Origin: an uncultured Gammaproteobacteria bacterium
GTDB lineage: Bacteria; Patescibacteriota; Microgenomatia; Daviesbacterales; UBA10151
Assembly: GCA_964522265.1 (NCBI GenBank)
Contig: CAZFVS010000010.1
Coordinates: forward strand, 1-6,740
Length of the DNA: 6,740 nt
Direction of reading: 5' to 3'
Under the pieces are notes generated by a model that had not been told where the DNA came from, did not search any database, and was given only the letters and a program-made list of their open reading frames with translations. The first letter of the stretch is position 1. Every line of letters begins with the position of its first letter. Shown here in pieces: positions 6,060 to 6,740 of this stretch. The position numbers and the translations under genes are program-made.

Positions 6060-6740
6060 TCAACTTAAAGAATTGTTGTTTGAATGCTGCTTAAGATATA
6101 AGTAGAGCCCCAAGACTGATAAGTAATACCCAAACCAGACCACCCAGCTTACCCTGCCCACTTCAACACTGGCAAAAGGGACATTAGAAAAAAATTCAAC
6201 TATATATACAAAATAGGTCAACAGTATTCCCGGCACTAATGCCAGAACCACACCCAAACTTAAGTTGATTAATGCAGAAAATAGGGATATTATCCCAAAG
6301 ACCATTATAAAAGAGATAACCCATAAAACCAAGCTGTTTACCAAAATTCCAATCAAACTAGCCTGATGGAAATTCGCTGCTATAATAGGCCATGTCAAAG
6401 CTTGGGCAGACAAAGAAACGGCCAAATCCTGCCTTATTATGATTGGTAAAAACCCGAGTTTTTTTACTATTTCCGGCGCAACTATTAAAACCCCAACTGT
6501 TGCCAAAAACGACAGTTGGAATGAGATTGACAGCAACCAATTAGGATTATAGATCAGCATTACAAAAGCAGTCAGTATTAAAATCCAGGCAGAATCTTTC
6601 TCTCTCCCCAGAAGCTGAGCTACAGAGGCCAGACTAACCATTAAGGCTGCCCGTAATACCGGAACCTGAAGCCCGGTCAAAAGCGGATACAAGATAACTA
6701 CACTGAAGGATAAAACAACTGTTTTCCGTCTACCAAGAAT
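6060..6740 (-). CDS. comEC: ComEC/Rec2 family DNA internalisation channel, C-terminal portion. The 5' end lies beyond the right window edge.
   Basis: The frame stays open upstream of the track's TTG at 6692 to position 6740 (ILGRRKTVVLSFSVVI-LYPLLTG...), so the gene is truncated by the window. Competence-domain (PF03772-like) hallmarks are YPLLTGLQVPVLRAALM, ISFQLSFLATVGVL and SAQALTWPIIAANFHQASLIGILVNSLVLW, followed by further TM helices. Stop is TGA at 6062..6060. Confidence 0.85.
   Translation of the reverse strand: MLGRRKTVVLSFSVVILYPLLTGLQVPVLRAALMVSLASVAQLLGREKDSAWILILTAFVMLIYNPNWLLSISFQLSFLATVGVLIVAPEIVKKLGFLPIIIRQDLAVSLSAQALTWPIIAANFHQASLIGILVNSLVLWVISFIMVFGIISLFSALINLSLGVVLALVPGILLTYFVYIVEFFSNVPFASVEVGRVSWVVWFGYYLSVLGLYLYLKQHSNNNSLS

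Noticed and set aside
1-6740. Mobile elements, CRISPR arrays, tRNA or rRNA genes, toxin-antitoxin or known defence genes.
   Set aside because: I saw no spaced direct repeats, terminal inverted repeats, integrase or transposase motifs, or cloverleaf-compatible sequence in the only non-coding stretches (782..872, 1890..2072, 3807..3818, 6025..6059). Every long ORF is accounted for by housekeeping or envelope functions.

Overview
The window holds six tightly packed protein-coding genes, all on the minus strand, in AT-rich DNA (base composition judged by eye, not computed). In transcription order (high to low coordinates) they are: (1) the C-terminal part of a ComEC/Rec2-type DNA-uptake channel, open to the right window edge; (2) a 255-aa uncharacterised membrane-anchored protein made of two diverged Cys-pair modules; (3) a membrane-anchored glycoside hydrolase family 18 (YaaH/YdhD-like) enzyme; (4) arginyl-tRNA synthetase; (5) the actin-like rod-shape protein MreB; (6) the N-terminal 260 aa of a GalE-like extended-SDR NAD-dependent epimerase. 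The epimerase runs off the left edge and is absent from the supplied ORF track, so I translated it by hand. I saw no rRNA, tRNA, CRISPR array, transposase or integrase. All plus-strand ORFs in the track look like antisense shadows of the minus-strand genes. There are two real non-coding stretches. One is a 183-nt argS-mreB spacer (2072..1890) with a promoter-like element, three stem-loops (one very GC-rich) and a strong Shine-Dalgarno. The other is a 91-nt A-tract/T-tract dyad spacer between mreB and the epimerase. The only candidate for new biology is the comEC / unknown two-module surface protein / GH18 trio, a possible envelope module of a small-genome uncultivated bacterium; that taxonomic guess is inference only. 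Nothing here resembles a known defence system, and the rest is housekeeping.
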